In this document: piece after piece, positions 34,735 through 43,851 of the stretch | How positions within the stretch are numbered: the stretch's first letter is position 1 | Layout: each line of letters opens with the position of its first letter | DNA from: Elusimicrobiota bacterium | GTDB lineage: Bacteria; Elusimicrobiota; Elusimicrobia; UBA1565 | Direction: 5' to 3' | Length of the DNA: 64,000 nt | Assembly (NCBI GenBank): GCA_043827405.1 | Contig: JBDRPD010000060.1 | Location: forward strand, 9,301 to 73,300 | Translations under genes and position numbers: made by a program | Notes under the pieces: model-generated | Databases searched by the model: none | Seen by the model: the letters and a program-made list of their open reading frames with translations, nothing else | What the model was told of the DNA's origin: nothing

Positions 34735-36555
34735 TTACTCTCCTGTTAGCGTCCACTTCGGACGTCTCCAACTCCGTCTAAAATCCTCGAGCGTGGAAGC
34801 GGCCGCCTCTTGCCTGCCGTCCATCTTGTCGTAAAACAGTATCCAATCCAACTGCTGATTTTTCGTGCCGAAATCGGAATCGTACTTTCGCGCCAGCGCA
34901 TTGGAGGAAAAAGACCAGCGCCCGTTTATGTCGGACAAGGGAAAAACGAGCCCTTTCGCCCCGCGACCGGAATAGTACGCCGTATAGACCAGCTCGGCGC
35001 CGGAAACGGCCGCAGCGGACTCTACATCGTACTGAAAATCATATGGCTTGCGCAGGAGCGGCAGCGCCCTCGCCAGCGCCTCTCCCTTAACGTCGGTGCC
35101 GGCCCTCGGCCGCAGGACCGCGAACGCATCCGCAGCGGCGAAGCGCGCGAGCGTTTCCAGGCGGACTCCGTCCTCATCGGCGTGCAACACGGAAAGAGGA
35201 TCCGGCGGGGGCGCCTTCTTCTCGACTATCACCGGCTCGGTACTCTCCGCTATTTTCCACGGATTTAAATTACTGAACAGCTTCCCCGCCTGTTTCCGCC
35301 AACTGCGCAGCCGCTGGGGAGCTTCCGGCGCGGGGCCCGCCGCCTGCGCATAGGCTTTCTCCACTTCTTCACGCGTGCGCTTGGAGTGGAAAAAAGCGGC
35401 CTGCTGTTGGCGCGTTCCGACGTATATCCCGGCATGATGCCAGTAGCCGGCCAGCCCGATCTCCCCGAGGAATCTGTCCCGCCGAACGAGCAGTATATCC
35501 CCGGGCTGCAGGAGTGGCTCCATCTCCCGCACCTGGGATTGCGTGATCCAGACCTCCGGGCGGGCCTGCGTCGACGCGTCAACCCGAAACCAATGCCGCA
35601 GCGTATCCACCGCGTACGCCGCCCGCGTACTAATCGTCGCTGTCGACCAATCCGGCTGCGGCGGCAAAAACGGCAGCCGCTCGGGATTCGGCGCATCGAA
35701 TTCCGCCGTCCAGGCGCGGGCGATGGAGCGAACGGGGAAAAAATCGCGGCGCTCGCTGCGGCGCAGCATATCCAGAGCGCGTTGGCGCGAATGCGGGCGG
35801 AAGCTCCCGGATATCGGCAGTTGACGCAGATCGCTGCTGCGCAGCCGCGCCCATTCACCGCGGCTGGAGCCCAAGACCATTTCCAAAGCCTGCGATTTAC
35901 CCACCTGTACGTAGTAGGAATGCATTGCGGAGAGCTCGGAGCGGAAGCTTGCCCCCCGGAAGCGCTGCTCGACGGCGCTGTAGCCGCCCGCGCGCACCCC
36001 CAAAGACGGAATCTCCTCATCAAAAAGACGCACCAACGCGGAATCATTCGCGCACAAGGCGCTCCATTCACGGCTAAAGCGCGCCTGGGCCAAAAAGGCG
36101 GCGTATGCTACCAGAAAAGCGACCCGCTGGGTACGCGGTTCCGACAACGCATGGAACTCGCGGTAGCGGTCGGACAACGCATCCAGCGCCAGCATATAGT
36201 CGACTCCCCGATGCCAGCTGTTAAGCGCCGTGTCGCGATATTCCTCGTACAATACCCCCCCCTCCCTCGGCTGCGGGGGAAAGATCTGCGGTCGTCCCCG
36301 GGCGAAGCGCAGCGTGTCGAGCAGGCCTTCACGCCAGCGGTCCACGGCGATTAAGTCATCCTCCACCCGATCCCAAAACCGTACCTCCAGCGGGTGCAGC
36401 TCCTTGACGCTGCTGGCGCGCGAACCCGCCGCAGCATCGGCGTCCGACGCCCCCTGCCAGGAAACCCCCTCAGGGATGCCGAGATCATTCGTTTCCTGCC
36501 GCGCGTAGGCGGCGGGTAAAGCGAAGATTCCGAGCATGATCAGGAGCTTTCCCAC
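34735..36555 (-). CDS. Secreted YiiX/YebB-like permuted papain-like (NlpC/P60) protein
   Basis: LQPGDILL.R, GYWHHAGIYVG, VLRP, KPYDF.YD...ELVY.AY. Confidence 0.8.
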   Translation of the reverse strand: MGKLLIMLGIFALPAAYARQETNDLGIPEGVSWQGASDADAAAGSRASSVKELHPLEVRFWDRVEDDLIAVDRWREGLLDTLRFARGRPQIFPPQPREGGVLYEEYRDTALNSWHRGVDYMLALDALSDRYREFHALSEPRTQRVAFLVAYAAFLAQARFSREWSALCANDSALVRLFDEEIPSLGVRAGGYSAVEQRFRGASFRSELSAMHSYYVQVGKSQALEMVLGSSRGEWARLRSSDLRQLPISGSFRPHSRQRALDMLRRSERRDFFPVRSIARAWTAEFDAPNPERLPFLPPQPDWSTATISTRAAYAVDTLRHWFRVDASTQARPEVWITQSQVREMEPLLQPGDILLVRRDRFLGEIGLAGYWHHAGIYVGTRQQQAAFFHSKRTREEVEKAYAQAAGPAPEAPQRLRSWRKQAGKLFSNLNPWKIAESTEPVIVEKKAPPPDPLSVLHADEDGVRLETLARFAAADAFAVLRPRAGTDVKGEALARALPLLRKPYDFQYDVESAAAVSGAELVYTAYYSGRGAKGLVFPLSDINGRWSFSSNALARKYDSDFGTKNQQLDWILFYDKMDGRQEAAASTLEDFRRSWRRPKWTLTGE

Positions 36556-37133
36556 ATCGCCTCCGCTCCGGGAAAGTCACCGGCCCATTTCACATCCATG
36601 GCGCGGAGGACATGCCCCATCATGCGCACGGCGGCAGCCAGCACGGCCTGCGGATCCGCCGCGGGCCGCTGGTTTTCAGTGAAAATATGGCTCCACGGTG
36701 CGCCGGTACTATTACCCACAACAAAGTCGACGCTTCCCTCCAGCACAACGCCCAGGTCCTGCTGCGAAATGCCGGCTTGCGCGGCTCGCTCGCTGACGCG
36801 CTCCGCGGGCCATAACGTATCCCAGCGTGCGGCCGCCATTTCTTTCAGCGCGGTTTTCGCTCTTTCCTCGGCATCGTCTCCTGCCGCGGCCCAGCGCAGC
36901 ACGACCGCCACCTCAGTAAGCTGCCGCAGCAGAGGGAGCGCCTCGGTAGAGTGGTCGTGCCGGCACAACCTGACGACGGCATCGGAAAGCGCCAACGCCC
37001 GGCTGGCGCCGCCCGCCAGCAGCGCTTCCAGTTTGTGTCCCGGTTTCAGTTTCGGACCGACACGGCAGAGACCGTTGTCAATAAAGGCTTTCGCCTGGCC
37101 CACCCGCTGAATCAAATCTTCCACATCCTGCAT
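36540..37133 (-). CDS. Hypothetical protein (weakly DUF5677-like helical pattern)
   Basis: A..L.R...E pattern (EALPLLRQLTE); overlaps the start of the downstream gene. Confidence 0.65.
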   Translation of the reverse strand: MQDVEDLIQRVGQAKAFIDNGLCRVGPKLKPGHKLEALLAGGASRALALSDAVVRLCRHDHSTEALPLLRQLTEVAVVLRWAAAGDDAEERAKTALKEMAAARWDTLWPAERVSERAAQAGISQQDLGVVLEGSVDFVVGNSTGAPWSHIFTENQRPAADPQAVLAAAVRMMGHVLRAMDVKWAGDFPGAEAMWESS

Positions 37134-37144
37134 AAAATTACCCC

Positions 37145-37173
37145 TTGCAGACCACCCGGAGTTCTCCTATCAT
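37145..37173 (+). promoter_or_regulatory. sigma70 promoter of the response regulator
   Basis: TTGCAG, 17 nt, TATCAT, ending 10 nt before ATG 37184. Confidence 0.6.
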
Positions 37174-37183
37174 TAACAAAGCT

Positions 37184-37561
37184 ATGGCACGCGTACTTAT
37201 GATCGACGACGATGACGATCTGGTCCAGCTGCTGACCATCCTATTGAAAGAGGCCCAGTACGAGGTGGCGTCGGCGGGCAATGCCGTTGAGGGCCTCGAA
37301 GTATGCCGCCAGTTCCACCCGGATGTCATCATCCTGGACTACCATCTTCCGGGGAGCACCGGCGCGCACCTGTTCGAAACCTTCCGCCGCAACAAGGCGA
37401 CGGCCCTCACTCCCATACTATTCATGAGCGCCGTCGCCTCCTCCGACGAAATTCTCGCCGAGATCGACGAACCGGACATCTCCCGCTTTATGGCCAAACC
37501 CGTCAATACCAAAGCGTTCCTTGGCACCCTGAAGGAGATGCTCTCCGCGGCATCGACTTAG
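37184..37561 (+). CDS. Single-domain response regulator (CheY-like receiver)
   Basis: VLMIDDD, PDVIILDYHLPG, PILFMSA, AKP. Confidence 0.92.
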   Translation: MARVLMIDDDDDLVQLLTILLKEAQYEVASAGNAVEGLEVCRQFHPDVIILDYHLPGSTGAHLFETFRRNKATALTPILFMSAVASSDEILAEIDEPDISRFMAKPVNTKAFLGTLKEMLSAAST

Positions 37562-37582
37562 GCCGCGACCTCCCCGCCGTTC

Positions 37583-38392
37583 CTAGAAAGGGAAACGAAC
37601 GACGTGTACGCGGCGCCTCCGGCCTCCCAGGATGCGCTGTGCCAGCCGGCGAAAGCGCTCCGCACCGTCGGTTACGTAAAAGCTCTCTGTGCCGCGCCCC
37701 CGCAGCCGCCGCAGTTTCCGCGCCCGCAGCAGCTCATCCGCGTCCCGCGCGACCTCTTCACCCGAATCGATCAGGCGCGTCCCCGTTCTCAGCTCCGCGC
37801 GCAAGAGAGGCTTGAGCAGCGGATAATGCGTGCATCCGAGAATCAAGGCCTCCAGCCGGACGCGGCCAAACGATTTTAGGTACTCCCGCAGGACCTGGCG
37901 CGTAATGGGATGTCTGAACCACCCCTCCTCGACCAGGGGGACGAGCAGGGGGCAGGCCTTGGCCAAAATCCGGCGCCCTCCCAGCGCCTTCTTCAGCGCC
38001 CGCTGAGAGGCGCCGCTCTGCACCGTCGCCGCCGTGCCGATCACGCCGACCGCGCCGCGGCCGCGGACGGCGGCCGCGGTGCGCACCGCCGGACCGATAA
38101 CGTCGAGAACCGGAACGCGCAGCGTCTTGCGCAGGGCCTTAAACGCCAGCGCCGAGGCGCTGTTGCACGCGATCACAAAAAGCTTAATCTTCTTGCGCGC
38201 CAAATAGCGCGCGATCTCGACGGAAAACCGCTGCACGACCTCGGGTGACTTTGTGCCGTAGGGCAGCCGGGCGGTGTCGCCGAAATAGATCAGCTTCTCC
38301 GACGGCATCGCCCGCCGCAGAGCTTTAAACACCGTCAACCCTCCGACGCCCGAGTCGAACACGGCGATCGCTTTCTCCGCGGCGGCGCTCAT
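37583..38392 (-). CDS. murI: Glutamate racemase
   Basis: FDSGVGGLTV, PYGTKS, ACNSAS, ILGCTHYP. Confidence 0.97.
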   Translation of the reverse strand: MSAAAEKAIAVFDSGVGGLTVFKALRRAMPSEKLIYFGDTARLPYGTKSPEVVQRFSVEIARYLARKKIKLFVIACNSASALAFKALRKTLRVPVLDVIGPAVRTAAAVRGRGAVGVIGTAATVQSGASQRALKKALGGRRILAKACPLLVPLVEEGWFRHPITRQVLREYLKSFGRVRLEALILGCTHYPLLKPLLRAELRTGTRLIDSGEEVARDADELLRARKLRRLRGRGTESFYVTDGAERFRRLAQRILGGRRRRVHVVRFPF

Positions 38393-40098
38393 TTATCATC
38401 TCCGGCCTGCCGACTATTCTGCCGCACGTGCTCAACGATGCCGGCATATAGCCCCTCAACGATCTTGCGGCGGTATTTCTGCGACTGCAGCTTGGCCTCA
38501 TCTTTAGCATTGGATAGAAACGCCGTCTCCACCAACACGGCCGGGGCGTTCGCCCCGCGCAGCACATAGAAGGAAGCCTGCTTCACCCCGCGGTTGGGAA
38601 GATCAACGCGCTGCGTCAGCGACTGCGCCATGCGGCCGGCGAGCTCGGCGGCGTCGTTGACGTCTTCATGCTTGGCCAGGCGGTAGAGCACGCTCGCGGC
38701 GCGATCTTCGACCGCATCCTCGACCTCGAGCGCCAGCACCGAGTTCTCGAACTCCGCCAGCCGCTCGGCTTCCGGATCCGAGGCTCGCTCCGAAAGGAAA
38801 TATATCTCATAGCCGGACTCCGCCCGGCTCGCATGCGCGTTGCAGTGCAGCGAGATGAAAAGATCGGCGCTGTGCTTGTTGGCGAAGCTCGAGCGATCGC
38901 CCAGCCGCACGAAGACGTCTTTCTCACGCGTCAGCATGACGTCGAACATCCCCTCCTCGCGCAGCAGGCTCGCGAGCTCCTGCGCCGTCAGCAGATTAAT
39001 TTCCTTTTCCAGGGTGCCGCGGCGGCCGACCGCCCCGCCGTCGCGGCCGCCGTGTCCGGCGTCAATTACTATACGGTAAACTCCCGGCGCTTTTACCGGC
39101 GGCGGAACCAGCGCCGGCTTTTCGCTCGACGCCGGGGGTGACGGCTCCGACGGCTCAGACGGCTTATCCGCCAAGGCATTTTTAACGAGCCGAATGGCGC
39201 CGGCCCCCATCGCGGCGCCAAGACCCGCCCCCGCATCTCCGCCCGCCGCGCTCTCCGCCCGCCCGCCGGGCTCCCCCCCATGCGGCTCGGGGGCCTCAAC
39301 GGCGACGCGGCTGCGCCGCGCCTCGACGACGCTGTCCTGGGCCCGGTCGACGTCAATAACGATCCGGCGCGGCTGCTTGAACTCGCGGACCCGCATGCCG
39401 GCGGCGGCCGCCTGCTGCTTTAAAACCAGCCGCGCCTGCCGGGAATCCTGGTACAGGTGCAGATACTCCACCACCCCGTCATTGATGTCGGTCTTCTCGG
39501 ACCAGTCTATCGTGCCGTTGGGAATATCGATCTCAAAGCCGTAGCGGCCGCGCTTTGTTGAGTGAAAGCGCAGGTCCTCGGCAATCTCCAACACGATCCG
39601 CGTATGATCGGCGTAGGTAAACCACCGCAGGGGGCCGACATTGCTGCGCTGGTCCACCAACAGCAGGCGGGTACTGGGGTTGAACTTGGAATCGACGCCG
39701 GCGACGTCAGAAAACGCCTTAACGGCGAAGAACTCGATCGGGATAAAGGCCTGGCTGGCGCGCACGATCATCGGCCGGGGCAGCGCCATCGGCTTGCCCA
39801 TTATCTCGACGGTTTCAGAGTCCGTCTTGAACCAGATCTGCTGGCCGCGCAGCGATAACCGCACCTCTCCCCGCACCGAGTACCAATACAGCTGGCCGCC
39901 GTATATCCGCGCCGCCTCCTTCGCGGCGAGATAGAAATTACCGCCGACCTGATAGGACTGTACGGCGCCCAAGTACTTGCCGGACTTGACGACCTGGATA
40001 TCCTCCGCGGCGGCGGGAGCGGCCCAAACCGCCGCCGCCAACAGGACCGCGCCGCGTGCCGCCCAGGCCCTATTCCAGAATGATGCGATAGTCTTCAT
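38389..40098 (-). CDS. N-acetylmuramoyl-L-alanine amidase (Amidase_3 with AMIN-like N-terminal domains)
   Basis: IDAGHGGRD.GA, EKEINL, FISLHCNA, AVLVETAFLSN; signal peptide. Confidence 0.93.
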   Translation of the reverse strand: MKTIASFWNRAWAARGAVLLAAAVWAAPAAAEDIQVVKSGKYLGAVQSYQVGGNFYLAAKEAARIYGGQLYWYSVRGEVRLSLRGQQIWFKTDSETVEIMGKPMALPRPMIVRASQAFIPIEFFAVKAFSDVAGVDSKFNPSTRLLLVDQRSNVGPLRWFTYADHTRIVLEIAEDLRFHSTKRGRYGFEIDIPNGTIDWSEKTDINDGVVEYLHLYQDSRQARLVLKQQAAAAGMRVREFKQPRRIVIDVDRAQDSVVEARRSRVAVEAPEPHGGEPGGRAESAAGGDAGAGLGAAMGAGAIRLVKNALADKPSEPSEPSPPASSEKPALVPPPVKAPGVYRIVIDAGHGGRDGGAVGRRGTLEKEINLLTAQELASLLREEGMFDVMLTREKDVFVRLGDRSSFANKHSADLFISLHCNAHASRAESGYEIYFLSERASDPEAERLAEFENSVLALEVEDAVEDRAASVLYRLAKHEDVNDAAELAGRMAQSLTQRVDLPNRGVKQASFYVLRGANAPAVLVETAFLSNAKDEAKLQSQKYRRKIVEGLYAGIVEHVRQNSRQAGDDK

Positions 40099-41809
40099 AC
40101 TGCAGGTTCGCGTCTCCACTAATCTTAATATCCCGGTGGACATTCTTTTCGATAAGCGCCTGCTTCGAGGTGAATGCCTCCGCCAACACCGGATGCAGCA
40201 CCAGACGAATACTGCCCCCCGGACGCCCCTGCGTCAGCTCATGGATCTCCCGCTGCACGCGAATGCGGACGCTTTCCGACGACAGCACGCGGCCGGAGCC
40301 GAAACAGCCCGGGCACTCATCGGTCATCAAGCTGATCGTGGACTCCCGCCGGCGCTCCCGCGTCATCTCAATAAGACCCAGCCGGGTGATCGGCAATACA
40401 CGGATTTTTGCGCGATCTCTTTTGACCGCCCGGGCGAAGGTTTCCATAACCTTCTGCCGGTTCGACGCTTTTTTCATATCAATAAAATCGACGACGATAA
40501 TGCCGCCGATATTCCGCAAGCGCAGCTGGTGAGCCACCTCCTGGGCGGCTTCAATATTGTTCATGGTAACGGTCTCTTCCTGCGTCTTGGAGCCGGTGAA
40601 GCGCCCGGTATTGACGTCGATCGCGCACAACGACTCCGCCTCCTGGATAACGATCGTGCCCCCGCTGGGCAGCGACACCTTAATTTGGCGCAGCTTTTCA
40701 ATCTCGGACTCAATATTAAAGGCGGTAAAGATCGGAGTCTTGGCCTCATAAAGCCGAACCCGGTTCTTCAGCTCAGGAGAGAGCTTCGCCACATACTCCA
40801 TAACGGCCTCGTAGTCCTCGCGCTTATCCATCAGATAGACATAGACGGAGTCGCTTAGCAGGTCTCGTGCGATCTGCACCGGCAAATCGTGATCGCGGTG
40901 CAGCAGCGCCGGCGCCTGCTCGCTCTTAAACTTCCGCTCGATCTCCTCCCAAGCCTGCAGCAGAAACGCCGCCTCGCGGCGCAGATCCTCCTCGCTCGCG
41001 CCTGCGGCTTCCGTCCGCACCACGACGCCTAAACCCTTCAGCGTATCCTCCATAAGCTTGCTCATGATCTCCGATATGCGCTTGCGCTCCACCGGATCGG
41101 TAATGTGTTTGGATATCCCGACCGACTGCTGGGCCGGAGTAAAAACGAGATAGCGTCCCGGAAGGGATGCCTCCATCGTCACCTTCATGCCCTTGGTTCC
41201 GATCGCTTCCTTGGCGACCTGTATCATCACCTCCTGCCCCTTTTTCAGGATATGGTCGATCGGCTTGCGGGTATCGCCGATAACGTCCGATATATAAAGG
41301 TACGCGTTCTTCTCGAAACCGATATCGATGAAGGCGGAGGAAATTCCCGGCAGAACGTTCTCCACGCGGCCCTTGTAGATATTGCCGACAATACTTCGTG
41401 AAGTTTTCCTTTCCCACAGCAGTTCGACCAGGCGGTCATTCTCAAGTATGGCGACGCGTGTCTCCTCGAACGATGTATTCGTCAAAATTTCGCGTTTAAG
41501 CTCGCCGCTGCTTTCCACACGATCCTCGCCGCGCGGACGGCGATACGGCTCACGGTCGCCGCGCTGCCGCCCCTCATCGCGCGGCCGCTGCTCATCGCGC
41601 GGCCGCTGCTCGCTGCGCGGGGGTCCGGAACGCCGCCCGTCGCGACCGCGGCGGCCGCGCTCACTGCGGCGCCGGCGTGTACCGCCGCGCGATCCTCGTC
41701 CATCCCGTCCTCCCCGGGCTCTCTCGACCCGCGGCTCCTGCGGATTTCCGGCGGATTGATCCGCGCCGGCGGGTACGGGTCCTACTTCCGACTTCTTGTT
41801 ATCTTCCAT
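40070..41809 (-). CDS. rng: Rne/Rng family ribonuclease with an Arg-rich N-terminal extension
   Basis: GNIYKGRVENVLPG..SAFIDIG, QVAKEAIGTKG, IDVNTG, LRLRNIGGIIVVDFIDM, CPGCFG.G. Confidence 0.93.
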   Translation of the reverse strand: MEDNKKSEVGPVPAGADQSAGNPQEPRVERARGGRDGRGSRGGTRRRRSERGRRGRDGRRSGPPRSEQRPRDEQRPRDEGRQRGDREPYRRPRGEDRVESSGELKREILTNTSFEETRVAILENDRLVELLWERKTSRSIVGNIYKGRVENVLPGISSAFIDIGFEKNAYLYISDVIGDTRKPIDHILKKGQEVMIQVAKEAIGTKGMKVTMEASLPGRYLVFTPAQQSVGISKHITDPVERKRISEIMSKLMEDTLKGLGVVVRTEAAGASEEDLRREAAFLLQAWEEIERKFKSEQAPALLHRDHDLPVQIARDLLSDSVYVYLMDKREDYEAVMEYVAKLSPELKNRVRLYEAKTPIFTAFNIESEIEKLRQIKVSLPSGGTIVIQEAESLCAIDVNTGRFTGSKTQEETVTMNNIEAAQEVAHQLRLRNIGGIIVVDFIDMKKASNRQKVMETFARAVKRDRAKIRVLPITRLGLIEMTRERRRESTISLMTDECPGCFGSGRVLSSESVRIRVQREIHELTQGRPGGSIRLVLHPVLAEAFTSKQALIEKNVHRDIKISGDANLQYEDYRIILE

Positions 41810-41819
41810 AAATTCTCCT

Positions 41820-42527
41820 TCACGGGGCGATCAGCTCGCCGCGTGCTGTTTCCGACAAAAGCTCCTTCCGCAAAATCGCACAATGCCCCTGAACGCCAAA
41901 GCCATTCTCCAGCAGCCATGCGCGCAGCAGCGCTTCCGGCTTTACCGTCCGCTTCGGTCCAAAACGCATACTAAGACGCAGGGCGGACGTCGAATCCTGA
42001 ACCATCTCAATAATGAGCGGGCGAGCGTCAACGCGCTCCACCCGGGCGCCCCCGTCCTTCAGCTTCTCAATAACAATCTCTCGGCGCGACAAAAACCGCG
42101 CCAAGGATTCTCCGCCGTCGTCAGGAAAGGCTCCCTGGATCGCATAGCGAACGACGTTGATGCTGGCGTCCAGCGAGGGGAAGTACTTGGGTATTCGGCG
42201 CGCGCTCACGACGGCGTAGCCGTCTTCCAGGGCGGCGCTCAGGGCCGCGACGATTTTTTCCGCGGGCACGCGCGACGCAAGCTCGAGGTCGAAGTATTCC
42301 GCCAGGCTCTCATAGCCTTTCGCGATCGCCGGACCGAAAGCCAGCCGGGGACGGGGCTTCTTGCGGCGCCGGTCCAAGACGGCGGGCAGCGCGGAAACCA
42401 GAACCGCGCGCCGCAGCAGCTCGATCTGCGCCAAATGCGTCAACTCGCGCGCCGGTCCCAAACGCGAAACACAAACGCGGTAGCGCGCGGAGCCGTCCAA
42501 GTTTGGTCTCTGGTTAATAGAAAGCAT
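41820..42527 (-). CDS. DUF2344 / TIGR03936-type radical-SAM-linked protein
   Basis: HL.....RRA....LP......PRPRLAFGPAI..G.ES.AEY.D; typical position between rodA and rng. Confidence 0.8.
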   Translation of the reverse strand: MLSINQRPNLDGSARYRVCVSRLGPARELTHLAQIELLRRAVLVSALPAVLDRRRKKPRPRLAFGPAIAKGYESLAEYFDLELASRVPAEKIVAALSAALEDGYAVVSARRIPKYFPSLDASINVVRYAIQGAFPDDGGESLARFLSRREIVIEKLKDGGARVERVDARPLIIEMVQDSTSALRLSMRFGPKRTVKPEALLRAWLLENGFGVQGHCAILRKELLSETARGELIAP

Positions 42528-43851
42528 GCCGTTTAGAATAAATATTCATAACAATACCCATCGCCAGCAGGGTCGCCACAAGGTTGGACCCCCCATAGGA
42601 CAGCAACGGCAGCTGAATCCCCGCGACCGGAACCAGCCCCAGACACATGCCGACATTCACCATAAAATAGAAGCCGTATATCGCCGTAAAGCCGCAGCAG
42701 ACAAGATAGCCGTAACGGTCACGAGCCAGCCGCGCCGTATTGACGATGCGCCAAAGAAGAAGCATATAGAGCGCAAGCACCGCTGCCGATCCGAGAAAAC
42801 CCATTTCCTCGCCGACTACGGCAAAAATAAAGTCCGTATGACGCTCCGGTACGAAACCCAGCTGTGACTGCGTCCCCGCAAAGATGCCCTTTCCGGTCAG
42901 GCCGCCGGAGCCGATCGCGATCTGCGCCTGCGCGACATTGTACGCGGAGCCGCGCGGATCCTTATCCGGCACGAGAAACGCCACAAACCGGTCTCTTTGA
43001 TAGCCCTTGATCTGATGATCGAGCAGCGCACCCCCGCACAGACCTGCCGATAAAATAAGCGCCAAAATGACGAAATAGGGAGCGGGAGCGTTAAAGCGCA
43101 TCCAGACGGTCATCTTCCAGGCGCAGAACACCAGCAGGGATATTCCGACGACCGCCAAAGCCAGCGGCATGCCGAACTGACGGACGCTGAGAAAAGCCGA
43201 CAGAAACCAGCCGTTCTGAGTCCACTCCGGACGCAGGGCCAGCATGGTCCAGATCAGCGGCATGGCGAGAGTGACCGCGCCGAAACCGGTCAGCGCGAGC
43301 AGCGGAGCGACGCTCGCGCCGGCGCAGAACAGCATCCCGAACAGCAGGGGGAAGAAGCTCAAAGTCGATGAAAAATCAGGCTCCAGCAGGATAAGGCACA
43401 TGATCGGCGCGGCGACGGCGAAAGCCCCCGCGAGATAACCGATCTCCTGGCTCTTGCTCCCCCGACGATCAAGATAGCTGGCGAGAATGAGCACGGTCAG
43501 GATGCGGGCCAGCTCGGACGGCTGAAAAGAAAAAAACGGGAAGCGTATCCAGGCACGCGTACCCCGCATATCTTCGCCCACGAAAAGGACCAAAAGCATC
43601 ATCGCCACCGTCAGCACATAGATAATCCTGCTCTGGTCCTGGAACACATGGTAGTTGAAGCCAAACGCGGCGAAAAACACCACAATACCGATTCCCAAAG
43701 CGAGGAAGTGCTTCAGACGAATCGAGTCATAATACGGCAGCAGCGAGGCGGCGGAAAGGATCGCTATCGAGCCGATTGCCAGCAGGCCCAGCAGGGAAAT
43801 GACCAGCGCCCAGTCCATACGGCCGCGCAGGGTCCCGGACTCCATCCTCAC
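42514..43851 (-). CDS. rodA: Rod shape-determining SEDS glycosyltransferase RodA
   Basis: FQPSE, EPDF, Q..IAIGSGG..GKG, PERHTDFIF, LP.LSYGGS. Confidence 0.96.
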   Translation of the reverse strand: MRMESGTLRGRMDWALVISLLGLLAIGSIAILSAASLLPYYDSIRLKHFLALGIGIVVFFAAFGFNYHVFQDQSRIIYVLTVAMMLLVLFVGEDMRGTRAWIRFPFFSFQPSELARILTVLILASYLDRRGSKSQEIGYLAGAFAVAAPIMCLILLEPDFSSTLSFFPLLFGMLFCAGASVAPLLALTGFGAVTLAMPLIWTMLALRPEWTQNGWFLSAFLSVRQFGMPLALAVVGISLLVFCAWKMTVWMRFNAPAPYFVILALILSAGLCGGALLDHQIKGYQRDRFVAFLVPDKDPRGSAYNVAQAQIAIGSGGLTGKGIFAGTQSQLGFVPERHTDFIFAVVGEEMGFLGSAAVLALYMLLLWRIVNTARLARDRYGYLVCCGFTAIYGFYFMVNVGMCLGLVPVAGIQLPLLSYGGSNLVATLLAMGIVMNIYSKRHAFY

